A stretch of DNA of 64,000 bases, from NCBI GenBank assembly GCA_013239625.1, contig MU053873.1, forward strand, positions 1,192,524-1,256,523. The letters run 5' to 3'. This stretch comes from Lama guanicoe (taxonomy: Eukaryota). The number at the start of each line of letters is the position of its first letter. Within the stretch, counting starts at the first letter, position 1. The notes beneath the pieces are model-generated. The model did no database searches and had not been told where the DNA came from. It saw only the letters and a program-made list of their open reading frames with translations. This document shows, piece by piece, positions 24,177 through 37,613 of this stretch. Position numbers and translations under genes: made by a program.

Positions 24177-26096
24177 ACTTGGAGCTATGCAAAAATGAAA
24201 TAATAAACCACCACATTTATATATGGTTGAAACTACAAGAAAGGTAAGAGAATGATTAACAAAAAATTCAATTGCAAAGGGCCTACCAGGGGCTTGGAAG
24301 GCAGTTGTCATGTTCTATTTCTTTATTTTAATTGATTGATTTTTTTTGTATTTAAAAATTTTCTTTTAATTATGATAAAACACTTGACATGAAATTTACC
24401 ATTGTAACCAGTTTTAAGTGTAGAGCTCAGTGGCACTAAGTGCATTCACAAAACTGAATCTCTACCTCTGAAACAGTAACTTACTATTTCCGCCTCTGTT
24501 CAGTCCCTGACAACCACCATTCAACTTTCTATCTCTATGAATTTGGCTGCTCTAGGGACCTCATGTGAGTGGAATCATACAGTATTTATCTCTTTGTGAC
24601 TTATTTATTTCACTTAGCATAATATCTTCAAGGTTCATCCATGTTGTAGCAGGCATCAGAATTTCCTTCCTTTTTAAAGGCTGAATAATATTCCCTTATG
24701 TGTATGTACCACATCTTGTTTATCCATTCATCGGCTGATAGACAGGTTGCTTCCATCTGTTTGCTGTTATGAAAAATTCTATGGATATTGGTGGTGACAA
24801 AAATTTTCTCCTTGCCCAAACTCTAGCCAGGCTCCTCTGAGCCTTCTTCTTGACTAGCCCTCAACTTTTGGCCTAGAAAGACCTGAACAGACACGAACAC
24901 AGTTTCTTACAGCTCAAAGGCCGCATCCCTCCGATGACCCCAGCCTCACTTTAAAAGGCCTGCCTGAGAAAACAGGGCTGCCAGAAGAATTTATCATTCA
25001 TTACAACTCACACCTGAATGTGGGGTCCCTGTCTCCCACAGTCTGCGGGAGGGGAGGAACCTAACCCCGAGAAGTGACAGTTAGCAAACCCAGATGGTTT
25101 CACAGGCCCAACTCCTGCTTCCTGCTTTTTTGTAATTTCTCATGTCCTTGACTCTGCTGAGCCCGTGTGTCCCCTTCCCTACTCCCTCATTCTCCCTTTA
25201 AAATGGCAGTTTGCACATCGAAGCTGAGTTCAGTTCATGCTGGACTATTTCCCTATTGCAATAGTTATTGCTGATTTGAACCTATCCTTAGCACTTTGAC
25301 TGATGTCTGGCTTTGCATATCTTGGATAGTTACCCGGTGCTGTGACTGCGATTGGAAACACCATTAGAGATGTGAGGATTGGACCTTTTGGTGTGCAGAG
25401 ACTTTGGCCTCTTCTCCAGTCGACCTGCTTGTTTGGGCATCTAGGGTGAGTGAGTCTGACTCTGGATCCAGTTCTCCAGACACAACTCCACTGAAGCACA
25501 GTGAAGACAGATTTGGATTCTTACGATTTTGAGCAACTTCTCTGAAGGGTAGGGTCCCAGGCTTCTTTTGAAAGGAAGAAACTCTGTGGGCTGGGATTCT
25601 TCCTGGCTCCCAAGCTGGACATTTTCTTTTTCCTGGATCCTCGTGAGGCCTCTTTGTTCTATCCGACCCTGGTCTTCCCATGGGAACTTGTTGGTCCCCT
25701 GAAACTCCCTGCTTTTGTTTTTTATTTTTTTATTGAAGTATAGTTGATTTACAATGTGTTAATTTCTGGTGTACAGCAAAGTCATTCAGTTATACACATA
25801 CATATATGTGTGTATATATATATCCTTTTTCATATTCTTTCCCATTACAAGTTATTACAAGATACTGAATATAGTGGTATTGAATACAGTTCCCTGTGCT
25901 ATACAGTAGGACCTTGCTGTTTATCTGTTTTATAATATAATTGTTAGTACCTGCTGATCCCAAACTCCTAATTTATCCCTCCCCTCTACTTTCCCTTTGG
26001 TAACCATAAGTTTGTGAAACCCCCCTTTTTGAACTCCTGCTGACTGCGTGTCACTATGGTGCTCCGTCAGCTTCTTTTCTTGGTCCTGTGATTTTA

Positions 26097-26560
26097 TGGG
26101 CAGACCTTGTTTCATAGGGCTTCGCAGATACTGCATGTGTTACAAATGCAAGGTCTGTGGCAACCCTGTGTCGAGCTGGTCTATCTGTGACATTTTTCTG
26201 ATAGCATTTGCTAACTTCATGTCTTTGTGTCACATTTTGGTAATTCTTCCAATATTTCAAACCTTTTCATTATTGTGCTTGTGAAGGTGATCTGTGATCA
26301 GTCATCTTTGATGTTGCTATTGCAAAAGGATTACAACTCCCTGAAGGCTCAGATGATGGTTAGCATTTTTCAGCAATAAAGTATTTTTTAATAAATTGGT
26401 TTTATTAGACATAACGCTATTGTACACTTAACAGACTACAGTATAATGTAAACATAACTGTGCATGAAAACCAAAAAATTTGTGTGACTTGCTTTACTGC
26501 AGTATCCACTTTATTGCGGTGGTCTGGAATCAAACTTGTAACATCTCCAAGATCATCCTG
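26097..26560 (+). mobile_element. Tigger1 internal-deletion derivative
   Basis: Tigger1 5' part (cttcgcagatactgc...gtggcaaccctgtgtcgagc) joined to the 3' part (gaaggctcagatgatggttagc...tttattgcggtggtctggaa); TA on both flanks. Confidence 0.85.
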
Positions 26561-27149
26561 TACTTAGGAAAATTTGGAACTTCTCTGGCTTCTTCAGGTA
26601 ACTTAAGATTCCCCACACTGGCTCCTGTAAGATCCTTCCACTCCTCCTTCTTTCTCTTCCCACCTTCCATCTTCCCTTCAGTTCCTTTGCATACTATGCC
26701 AGGCCCCACTTCAAGCCCCTACCTCCTCAGCCCCTCTGTCTGCCCTACCAGGCCTTTCCCTTCCCACTCCTGCCCCTCAACTCCCTACAGGCACTGGAAC
26801 TTTGGGCCCCCTGTCCCCATCAGGAGCTCACAAGGGACTCAGATACCTCCAAAAGCAACTACCTGAAGCTGAAAAGGAAAAAAAGAAAAGCCAATTGGAA
26901 AGACATTTAGTCCACAGTCTCCATACGATTAATATATCAGGGCAAAAAAACAAAATAAAACCCAAACTTCCCAAAATTCCTAAGTGTCTTCTGCACAACT
27001 AGTGGTAGAATGCTTTAGTCCTCACACTGAGCAAACCTTTAAAACTTGCTCCATCTGCCAGAAACACAACTTGGATAAATATATGATATACAGCAAAAAT
27101 GTGAACTCTCATTTAGAGAATTAAATATCCTTTTATTTTTTAAAAACTT

Positions 27150-27275
27150 TTTCTTCTTTTTTTGGGGGGGGGTAATTAAGTTCATTTATTTATTTTAATG
27201 GGGGTACTGGGGATTGAACCCAGGACCTTATGCATGCTAAGCACACACTCTACCCCTGAGCTATACTCTCCTCCT
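27150..27275 (-). mobile_element. tRNA-derived SINE (Vic-1-like)
   Basis: gtactggggattgaacccaggaccttatgcatgctaagcacacactctacccctgagctata. Confidence 0.85.
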
Positions 27276-30200
27276 TAAATTTCCTTTTAAATTTCCCAAT
27301 TTTATTGAGACATAATTGATATAACATTATGTTAGTTTTAGTTGTATAACATGATGGTTTGATATATGGACTTATTGCAAAATGATTACCACAATAAGTT
27401 TAATTAACATCCATCACCTCACATGAAGTGAGTTTTACATTATTATATTTATGCCTGACTTATGGTTAAAATTTTTAAATGAATACTGCAAGATCTCTAT
27501 TTGCATCTATTTATAATACATACATACACTTATATTTCCCTACCTTTGGATGGTATTACCAAATTAATTTATAAAATCCCTTAAAGGAGTTGTATCCTAA
27601 TTTGCTTAGAGAAAAATAAATGCTTTTATTAAATTAAATCTTCCTAAAACTTCCAGAAATATTGGAACCAACTCAAATGTTTTTTGACTTCAATCTGCGT
27701 AAATCTTTGGTAAATAAGACTAGTTTGATGTTCTTGGTTTAATAAGATGGGTATGTCTTCAGAGTTGTTAACTTTAAATACAATGCAAGCATATCGTTTT
27801 ATTCTACTTGCGCTTACTAGTCAAATAAGCTAATATTTACTAGATGTTTAAGATAATTAAAAGAATACATTTGATATTACTCAGATTAAATCATTCTGAT
27901 GAACTTTATTTCAACAATAATTGTGTCTTACATATTGTTTAAAAATCATTTCCAAGATCTTTTTTGGCTAATCCTAAGTTAAGTAATAGTAATTAAATAT
28001 CTAAATTTTAAATAAGATAAAGTGCTAAAACATTCAGTATTAAGCATAAATTTATATACTTTTGGCTTCTTATTTTTATATGGTACAGAGAGGCCAAAGA
28101 TATTTGGGTCTCTTGCTGAACATGTTTGTCTTGCCATGTAAAAATATTATATTATAAAAGGCATATGCCTCTAGAGATTATGAAGTGGTATATTCATAAA
28201 ATGTGTTCATCTGCTACAGAATACTGGTATCTGATAGACAGCTCACAATTTCTACTTCCTAGTTTTTGCTGTAAAATAAAGGCTACTAATGGTTATAATT
28301 TATAATTGATACATGAAAATAAAACTACCAGAAACAGTAACAGTGAAGAAAAACAATGATGTACACAAACTATGGGAGAAAAGTAGGATTTTTTTTTTTT
28401 GGATAAAAAGTATGTAAGGAATGTAAATGTGTTTTTGTTAAGATTAAGAAGGAGAGTAATTTTGTCCTGAAGGAGAATGTGAAAGAGGGAAAGAATAAGA
28501 CAAAACCTGAATGGATGCAGAATGTTGTAGAGGGTTTGTGGAAAAAAAATTTTATGTTGTGAGGTCAAGGCTGGCTAAGATTAAGAGGATTGATATATAA
28601 GGTGCTTTTTTATTTTTTAAATGAACTTTAATATCAATAGTGTACTGATACAAAACCAGAGTTTGGTTCTCTCTCTGTTAAAATGACAGTTTCTTGGATT
28701 ATTGGTCTGCTGTTAATAAAAAGTTGCAAAAGGTTTTTCTTTACCTTTTGCCTAGGAAACTCATATTCTGTATCTTATCAAAATAATTTCCTGGGCTTCT
28801 TGTTGTCTTTATCATGTCCTCAATTATGGAAGAGAACCGAGTCTTCTCACTGTTAAAAGAGCTAAGGTTTTTGTTTTTTTTTCCATGTTACCTCATATTT
28901 GCCTTTGAAATCTTTTATTATCACTTTGGTTATACACATAACTAATTATTGTTCCACAGTGACCTATGATCCTATTTAATTAAATATTCAAACCTTTTAA
29001 CATTTTTGACAACTTCCTCAGATCACATTCTAAATAAGGTCTGAAGTTTCTGAGAGGGCCCCTGGAAAACCTCAAAGGATCTGTTCTCTTGCCTTGTAAA
29101 AAGAGATCTTAAACTAAGCGGGTTTTTGTGATGTAGTAAATTACAATGGAAGCACTGTCAAAGAAAAGGTAGTTAACCTTCCCTAGCTTAGTTTTACATG
29201 GGTAAAATGTTATTTCAGAAATTGTATAAAGTTCTCAAAATTTGTTAATGCCTTCACTATCCATGATACATTGTGGTAAGATGTTATCAGCCCAGTTATT
29301 ATTTTTGAATGTTATATGTCACAGAAACAACCAGATTTCCTTTTCAATTGTGCTATTTTTATAATGACATCTCATCGGATCTTTAACTATGGCCATTTTA
29401 AGTTTTTTGCTATCCACAGATGGTTGCCATCTTATTCTGGTGCAACCAGCTGTAGGCCACAGTACGTGTGTTCAACAAAACGGTACCATGCCAGTTGCTC
29501 TGGGAAACAGGCTTCTGATGGCATTGGTTAAATAACCAAGCTCAGGCCAGTGGACCAAGTAAGGATTTCTGAAACGCTAATACAAAAGCCCATGGGTTTA
29601 TAAAACTGTTAACCCAAGATCAAGCAGAACAAAACTAATTACATAGGATTGAGTAAACTGACAAAGGTTGATGGTAACTTTTTACAAATATTTTTTGTTC
29701 AAAATATTTCTGGCTCTTAAATGTCCTATTTTCTGGACGTAAGGAAACCCCTTCTCTTTTCCCTCAAGATATCTATGACTCATTAACAATCTAAAAGTGA
29801 CATACTTTTGTAAACAAGATTAGAACATTTATGTTTTTCTCCCTGCCTGATCCCTCAAAAAATTGGAAACTATTATTGAGTATTCTTATTTTCAGGGCAA
29901 TATAGTCATTTGTGTAGGTTCAGTAAGAACCTGTCCTCTTTGTAACAGGACGTACTTAAAAATCAGGCTTTGACAGGAATGTCGTATTTGAAAATGATGT
30001 AGAAAGTCATCAATTTTAAGGATTTAAGGTTGTGTTGACAGACAATGCTTTCAAAGCCCTGTTACAAAAACTGGCCTGTTCTCTGGTGTACAAGGTTCCC
30101 AGCTTTACAGGTGAGTAAGGTCACTTCCTGGCAGGCCCAGGAATCTTAGAATATTTTGGGGACTTGGAGAAGAGAGGAATTCACCTGAATCTATGGGTAC

Positions 30201-30286
30201 TATAGGTGAAGAAGTCTGATGGAGAATTCTTGGCTTGACTTTCCCGCACTGAGAGGCTTTTAAAGGCCGATCTGAGATTACTTATA

Positions 30287-30592
30287 CAGGCATACTCAGA
30301 GATATTGTGGGTTGGGTTCCAGACCACTGCAGTAAAGCGAATATTGAAATAAAGAGAGTCTCATGAATTTTTCGGTTTCCCAGTGTATATAAAAGAGATG
30401 TTAACACTATACTGTGGTCTATTAAGTGCACAATAGCATTATGTCTAAAAAAACAATATACATGCCTTAATTTAAAAATATTTTATTGCGGAAAAAATGC
30501 TAACCATCAGCTGACGACGCAGGATTGCCACAAAACTTCAACGTGTAAAACAATGCAGTATTTGCAAAGTGCAATCGAACTAGTGATGCCTG
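30287..30592 (-). mobile_element. Shorter Tigger1 internal-deletion derivative
   Basis: TA-caggcat...atgcctg-TA terminal inverted repeats; interior is largely the reverse complement of the 26097-26560 element. Confidence 0.85.
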
Positions 30593-33500
30593 TAAAAAGT
30601 TCCATTAAGAAAGCTTAAAAAGGCCTTTATGGTCGATTACCATTCTTGCTACACTTAAGTAAATAATCAGGCCAAATTTAATGAAACTAAAATTATTTTG
30701 GAAACAGGAACAATCTTACTTTATCTTTGGTTGAAGGGGGTGGTGTTGACTATGGAGAGAAATTTTATGTTCCAGTGGAAAAGCATAACACATCCTTGTG
30801 GATTATCAGAGTCCACTTCTGTTCACTGTCTTTGTGGTTTTATTATCTACCTGTAAACTGAACTCGATCCCGCCAATCTTACACGTTTTGTCAGTCCTTA
30901 CCGAATCCTCAGTTCTAGTTTCCTTCAATATCATGCTAGTTTTCCAAACTGATGTTTCCAATTTCCCTCCCTCCTGACCTGGTGTCACCAAGACTAGAAC
31001 CTGGTTGCCCAGATGCTTGCTGGGACTCAGGCTGTCTCATAGCCCCTTTCCTCCAGGATCTGGAAAAGTCCTGCAGGCAGAAGCTGGATGACTTGATAGA
31101 AACTTCACAGAACTCGTCACCACAACAAATCACAGGTGGGTAACCTTTGAGCTTGGAGTTGCTGCCACAAAGGGCGCTCAGAAAGCCCACTACAACACCC
31201 TCTTCTGCGCTGTGCTCTGGGAGAAAACCATGACTGCGATGCTGATGTCTCTGCCATCACCACATTCGGACTGCCACCCAGGAAGTGCATCAGACTGCCC
31301 CTGCTCTCCTCATGCCACCACTTAAAGATGCTTAAGCGTCCAGTGTCTTCTCCAGTGGTTGCCCTCTAGACTCGGAGACTGGGCTTATAGTCTGTTTCAA
31401 CCATTAATCCTTGGTTTTCTTTTTGTTTCCATAGAGATGCTACTCATTAAATGTGTGACTGCTCATGTCATCCAGCAAATATCCTCTACTACCAGGTCTC
31501 AACGGCTGGCTCAGCTAGTCCTTCATAAACAAAAGACAATCGAGTGAGAAACGGGCTTCTGTTGTTCTGTCTCTTTCTGGCTGTTTGTTCCAGTCGACAC
31601 CTGAAGATAGGACCCCTGTCTCCTAGGCTCTGTCGGAGGGTGGAGGCCTAACTTCCATAAGTGCCAATTAGCAAACGCAGAGGAATTTCACAGGACCAAC
31701 GCTGCTTCTGGCTTTTAAAAAAATTTTCACTTTCTTGACTGTACTGAGCCCCTGCGTGCCTCCATCCCTACTCCCTCTTTCTCTGTTTAAAATGCCCAGT
31801 TACTTCTGTACAAATTGAAACCGAGTTCAGTTCACGCTGGACTCTTTTCCCTACTGCAATAGTTATTACTGATTCAAATCTGTCCTTACCAATGCTAATT
31901 AGTATCTGGCTTTGTTTATCTTTGACAGTACATCTCTCTGAGCTCCTGCTATCAGTTCTTCAGGGGTACACCCAGAAGTGGAATTGCTGGATTGTACAGT
32001 AGTTCTATTTATAATTTTTTGAGGAAATGCCATACTGTTTTCCATAGTGGGTACTCTGTTTTACATTCCCACCCACAGTGCTCAAGGCTTCCAACTTCTC
32101 CACATCCATGCCAACATTTCTTATTTTCTGTTTTTGTTTTTTTTTTAATCCTTGTAGCACCCATCTTAATAGGTGTGAGGTCATATTTCACTGTGGTTTT
32201 GATTTTCATTTCCCTAATGATTAGTGATGTTGAGCATCTTTTTTCTCTTTCTTTAAGATGGGTGGGAGGGACATGGATATTTGTTCTGTTATTATTCTTT
32301 CTTTCTTTTTTTTTTTAACCACTTTGATCAGAACTTTATTCAAACTTAGCTGTCTAAATGTTATTATTCTCAGTCATATTTGTGTATTATTTGTTAAGAA
32401 ATTAATATTTTGTAATTAAAAAATAAAAGTCTACAAAGATCTAACAGGAACTGGGGGTGGTCTCTGGTGGAACACAATCTGACCATCTTAGACAGTAGAC
32501 TGGGGACATGGATTTCAGGCGGATTGTTGGGCTAGGTTCCTGTCTTTCCTGCTATAGATTTATACTCCTTCTCATCTTTTTAGAGACCACCTCCCCACCC
32601 CCACCTTCTACCTGCTTCTCAGAATAGACTCCCATAGTCCCTGCAAAGTAGGCAGCACGCTTTGTAAGTGCATCTCCTCAGCCCTCACTGATAGGGCTGG
32701 AGTGGACATCTGACTCAAGCTGGGGCAATTAAATTCCCTATTCAAGGGATCTAGATTGGGTCTAGGAGACTCCGGACAGCTGGTAAAAGGTCTTGTTCTT
32801 ATAAGGCAGTAGACCAAGAAGGACTAAGGAGTCAGCTAGGGGTGGGGCCATTTTGGAGCACTGTACACTAACAAGGAAGTAGCTGGAACCGGTGTACAGA
32901 GGGGAGAGAAGTATGGAGGGAACTGCCAGGGGCACTAAGTATTTAACCACAGTCTCAGTTCCAGACTGCTATCTGGTTCCCAGATCCTGTTCTAGAAAAG
33001 CTCTTTTCACACTATACCCTACTCAGCTTAGGGACTTTGCTCTGGGAGTTTCCTTATAATAACCTCCTTTTATCTGGGCTAATATGAGTTGCTCTCTCCT
33101 CCCTGCAGTCAAAGGATCCCTAAGTTAAGAGCTTTTATTCTCTTATTTAAGGGGTGGCACAAGTCAGGGATGGAGAGAAAGGCTGTTCTTGCTTAAAAAT
33201 AGCTAGAAACAGATCTAGCCTCTTCAATCTGAGAGCCAGGAGCAGTGGAGACAAGGATGCACACCCCATATTTACAATCTGGGCCCAGTTCGGTCATGGG
33301 CTTCTCCTCCTGGGTTTTGCAGAAGAATGTTGACTGCATGGTCTTGCCTGAGTTGGCTTCAGCCTATATCCCTCACCTTATCTTCCCCTACTTGGCAAAG
33401 GGGAGTGGGAGCACCCTCTCTCATATAATTCTCAACGGGCATATCTCTGGTTTTGGCAGACAGCTTGTTTCTTTAGCAAGAATATGAATCCTTAAAGGCA

Positions 33501-33646
33501 GAAATGTTGACTTGTCTCTGTTTTACAGCTCACCATGTACCTGCCATTGGATGAGCATATAATACCTACTTATTGAATGGATGGCTCTACTTCAGTGCTT
33601 ACAATTTCTTTCCATATTTAAGAAAGTCAAGAAATGAAGAAAATAC

Positions 33647-33694
33647 CTCCTTCAAAAGCTCTGCTCACACTGTCAGTCAATTCTTTCTGTTTAG
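33647..33694 (-). CDS. HSCB: HSCB exon 5
   Basis: ttttcag / gtattt boundaries; (A)KQKELTDSVSRAFEG; 48 nt. Confidence 0.94.
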
Positions 33695-33981
33695 CTGAAA
33701 AAGAAAACGATTATCTTAATTTTCCTATTTAAATAGACTTCTACTATGAAGACAACCCTCTGTCATCTTGCTGTGAACACAATGCAGCAGGGAGCCTGGA
33801 TTCAAGGGAAGGCTTCTTACCCTCTGTCTCTACACGTTCCATGATGGCAGCTCCTGATAAGTGAAGCTCAGGCTGACCTTGGCTACACTGTTTTTCTACC
33901 CAAGAAAGGGTATCACTAAAAAATCATTTAAAAAAAAAGAAAGAAAGAAAGAAAGAAAGAAAAGGACAAGGAAATGCTTTG

Positions 33982-34154
33982 TTTTTTCTTTCTTTCTTTC
34001 TTTCTTTTTTTTTGTTTTTGTTTTTTTGGGGGTGGGGGAGGTAATTAGGTTTACTTATTCACTTATTTTTTTAATGGAGGTATTGGGGATTGAACTCAGG
34101 ACCTTGTACATGCCAAGCACACACTCTATCACTGAGCTATACCCTCCCCACCCC
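33982..34154 (-). mobile_element. tRNA-derived SINE (Vic-1-like) with 12-bp TSD
   Basis: Exact TSD GGAAATGCTTTG at 33970-33981 and 34155-34166. Confidence 0.9.
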
Positions 34155-35178
34155 GGAAATGCTTTGATTATCTCCACCAAGCAGTCCGAGTCTTCCAGAT
34201 TTCAGCCTAACAAGCTGGGCTTGCCTATCAGCAGGGCACTATAGCGTTTCAGGCAACCACTGGTGAATTACATAGCCTCTCAGGAAACTGAAATATTTAG
34301 ATCACATTGTACCTTAAGAGAGAAGGTGCCAGGTGAAGTAAAGGGGCAGCCAACTCATATTTTTATTGTTTCCTCATTAGGAAATGAGAAATTTTATGGT
34401 AAGTGTATTTTCCAGATGTAAACAGTATCTATCATTTATATGGTACCCACTTTCAATGCACTTTCAGATACATTACATCCCCACAGTAGGCACTGACAGG
34501 TATTGGGAGAATGTTACCATGGTCACATGGTTGGTGAGTGCAGGGACTAGGAACAGGCCCCAAGTCACCTGACTCCTAGTCTAGTACTTCTCAGGTAGCA
34601 ATGTGGTGTCAACAAAAGCACACTGGACTAGGGGTCTGGTCTCTGCCAATCTGTCCCACATTTCGGACTTGCTAGCTCCCACAATCACATGACCCATTCC
34701 TTAAAATAAATCCACCCCCACACACATGGTATTGATTCTGTTTCTCTGGGAAACTCTGATACACTATGGAATAAAGTAGAAAGTAAAGCAATATGAAATC
34801 ATAAGACCAGGGTTTTAATGTTTGCTCTGCTGTATCTGTTGTGTGACCTTGGGCACTTCCATGAACTTCTGAGGCCAATTTTTCTTGTCAAAGATAATAA
34901 TATTACCCAAATGATGTCATGGGTGGGAAAGAACACTGCAACCTGCAAAATACTATCACATTCTTGGTTTAACTCGGTCTTCCTGAGAGGGATTTTGCAA
35001 GTCTAACCTCTAGACAAAACTGTTTTCAGTTTAATCAGAAAAAAACGAACAAACAAACAAAAACCTTCCCTGAATCATTATGAAGGCCAATATGTACACT
35101 TTCTTTTCATTTTTCACTTAACCTGTACTCGTACTCAAAATAGCAATAAAACGCATTTGGTGGTGTTTTATCTTTTAC

Positions 35179-35323
35179 CTCTGACAATAGATTCAATCTC
35201 TTTCATGGCAGTTTCACTTTGAGCTTCTGCAAGTTTTTCATTGATTTCCATTATTTCCATGAGGAATTGACTGTCCATTTCATAATCTGTCCCTTCGGGA
35301 ATCTCTACTCCACGGAGCTTTAG
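35179..35323 (-). CDS. HSCB: HSCB exon 4
   Basis: caatag / gtaaaa boundaries; LKLRGVEIPEGTDYEMDSQFLMEIMEINEKLAEAQSETAMKEIESIVR; 145 nt. Confidence 0.96.
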
Positions 35324-35919
35324 CTATTGGGGCATAAACAGGGAAAATAAGTTTAATTCAAGAAACTATGGCCGGAGTCATAAATCCTACTCACTTTAAG
35401 TCCCCACTCACCCTTCAGAAAAGACTACTACTCATAGGGAAAGCCTGAACTGTCCCAGTAATGAAAGTGTGAGGGTAGGGTGCTGGAAAGTTGGACTGAG
35501 ACAGGAGTAATGGGATGGGATCACTCTCTCCTACCTGGAACTAGGTATCTCCAAGGGAGTCATTCTTCCACTTGAGAGGTTGAAATAGATATCTGAAAAG
35601 ATTCTATTAAATTTTAAGGTGCTCACTTCACCCCCAATGAAAGGCAAAACATAACAAAAATTACTCTTCCCTAAAAGTCAGCACCATCCAATCCTTGAAC
35701 TTTATAGAAAATGGAAAAAAAAAAGCAATTGGACAAGTAAGATTTATATAGACACCCAGAGAAAATTATACACATATAGTATCTTTGAGGTTAATTATCG
35801 TTGGGTTCCCAGACTGGCTAAGGTCTCAAGCACTCTTCTGTTGAATATAGGGGAGTAGATGTACCACTGAGCAATGGCACCAGACAGTCATGCATAGAAG
35901 GGTTGGAAAATCACCTTAC

Positions 35920-36009
35920 AAGGTATAGTCCCCTGCTCAGGGGGGCCAGAAGGGTCTTATAGGCATCATTCACCAGGGTTGAATGCTTCTCTGAGAAGTC
36001 CTTTTCAGT
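35920..36009 (-). CDS. HSCB: HSCB exon 3
   Basis: aacag / gtaagg boundaries; [30 protein letters not shown]; 90 nt. Confidence 0.96.
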
Positions 36010-36347
36010 CTGTTAGTGGAGATGAAGATAGTCATATTACCATCCAAATCAGCCACCTTACTGTCTCACAAACTTTTTCATGAAATATTTATGGGCAGGC
36101 ACCTAAGGAAGTGGTCAAAGTAGAACCGGTATGGGATAAACTGTTTTTATTTTCTGATGACGGGTTCTAATTCTGCTGGGAAGTCAAGTAAAAGCTGAGT
36201 GCAGGACAGATCCAGGACAGGCTGGCTGGGGACTGACGGCCCAAGGGTGAAGCTGGTGGTCAGCTCTGTCACATGACCACAAGGCCACCGCCACCCACCC
36301 AATGTGAACAAGTGTTTGGGTATGATTAGGGGTGGCCAATAGGTTAC

Positions 36348-36444
36348 CTGAGACTTCTGGCTGAAGAAATCTGGGTGGACAAGACGCTGCAGTTGCTGGT
36401 ACCTATGCTGGAGCTTCGCAGTGTCCACTCTGAACGAGCGGTTG
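36348..36444 (-). CDS. HSCB: HSCB exon 2 (J-domain HPD motif)
   Basis: tttccag / gtaacc boundaries; (C)NRSFRVDTAKLQHRYQQLQRLVHPDFFSQKSQ; 97 nt. Confidence 0.97.
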
Positions 36445-37613
36445 CTGGAAAGAAATTGGGAAATGAAATTCATGCATCAATGGAGTTTTCATGAGGGATG
36501 ACACAATAAACATGTAGATAGAGCTATTTCAAAAAGTAGTAGGTACTGCAAGAGAAAACCGAATAGGATCAGAGTGGTAGATGTGGTGGACAGAGATGAC
36601 CTCTGAGCTGAGACCTGCATGATGAAAAGGAATAACTGAAGATCAGATCAAAGAGTCATTCAGACACAAGGAACATGTAAAGGCCCTGAAGTGGGAACAA
36701 GATTGACATGCTTCAATAACTTAAAAGGGTAGTGTTACCACAGTTTATCCTAAGTGCTCAGTGACTGGTGGGGCATGATCCCAGACTCAAGGGGAAGGGG
36801 CATTCTAGAATCCCACCCTATTTTTCTAAGGCCCAGATTCCTTCATCTCTATCTCCCATTTTATTTTAATCCAGTCCCTTTCGCTTTCTATTCCCAGAGC
36901 CTGCCTTGTTTCATTAGTTCCACCTAAACCTCACCACCTCCTCAAGCTCTTCAATTTCGGAGGTAAGCAGGAAAAACTCTGATTTCTCAGACTTTCTCCT
37001 TCCATTCTCACTTTTCCCTTAGACTCTGCCCACAGTGTTAAGATTTTTCCGTGCTTTTATTCCCTTAGTTTGGATAACACCTCAGTACTTCTTTCTTAAA
37101 AGTCTCAACCCAACTTTAAACATTCTGACTCTTTCCTCAAGTCTCCGTCCTCCAGTGCCTGGCAAGTACCGTTCCCTGAGACCCCATCCCTCAACTTCGC
37201 CTTCTCTCAGGTCTCAAGTCTCCCTCCATTGTAGCCTCCAAACCTCAGTTTCCCCTAATTACACTCTCCGTCCCTCCAGTACTCTCTAGGGTAATCCCGG
37301 CTCCCTCGGCTCCCAGGCCAGTCAGCAGCACTAGTTTGGTCGGCTACTCTCTCTCTCTCTCTCTGTCTCTCTGCCCTACAGGTGACCACAGGGAGGCAGG
37401 CCCTACTCCAGTCTCTGTCCCTCAAGGCGTCGTCATCGCTCAGGCCCGCCCCTCAGGGTCCTTTCTCTATGGACACACCCCACCCACCATTCTCCCAGGC
37501 CCTGTTCTCTAGGGCTCCGCCCACCTAAAGTAACTGGTCCCGCCTTCTCCTCAAGCCGGACCGGCCCTCCCTTCTCGCACGCCCAGGCGCGTTTCCGAAA
37601 CCGCCTCCCGTAC

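Larger units (their letters stand above)
24795..31927 (+). mobile_element. Ancient ERV1-type provirus remnant (MER34/MER39-like LTRs, mostly non-coding internal region) in HSCB intron 5
   Basis: Direct repeats 25010-25328 and about 31598-31927; PBS-like 18-mer at 25335-25352; donor-like GGGTGAGT at about 25444. The flanking L1 3' UTR resumes collinearly after 31927. Confidence 0.8.

Noticed and set aside
37433..37613. ORF continuing past the HSCB exon 1 donor
   Set aside because: Read-through into GC-rich intron 1. The spliced frame gives the conserved 235-aa protein.
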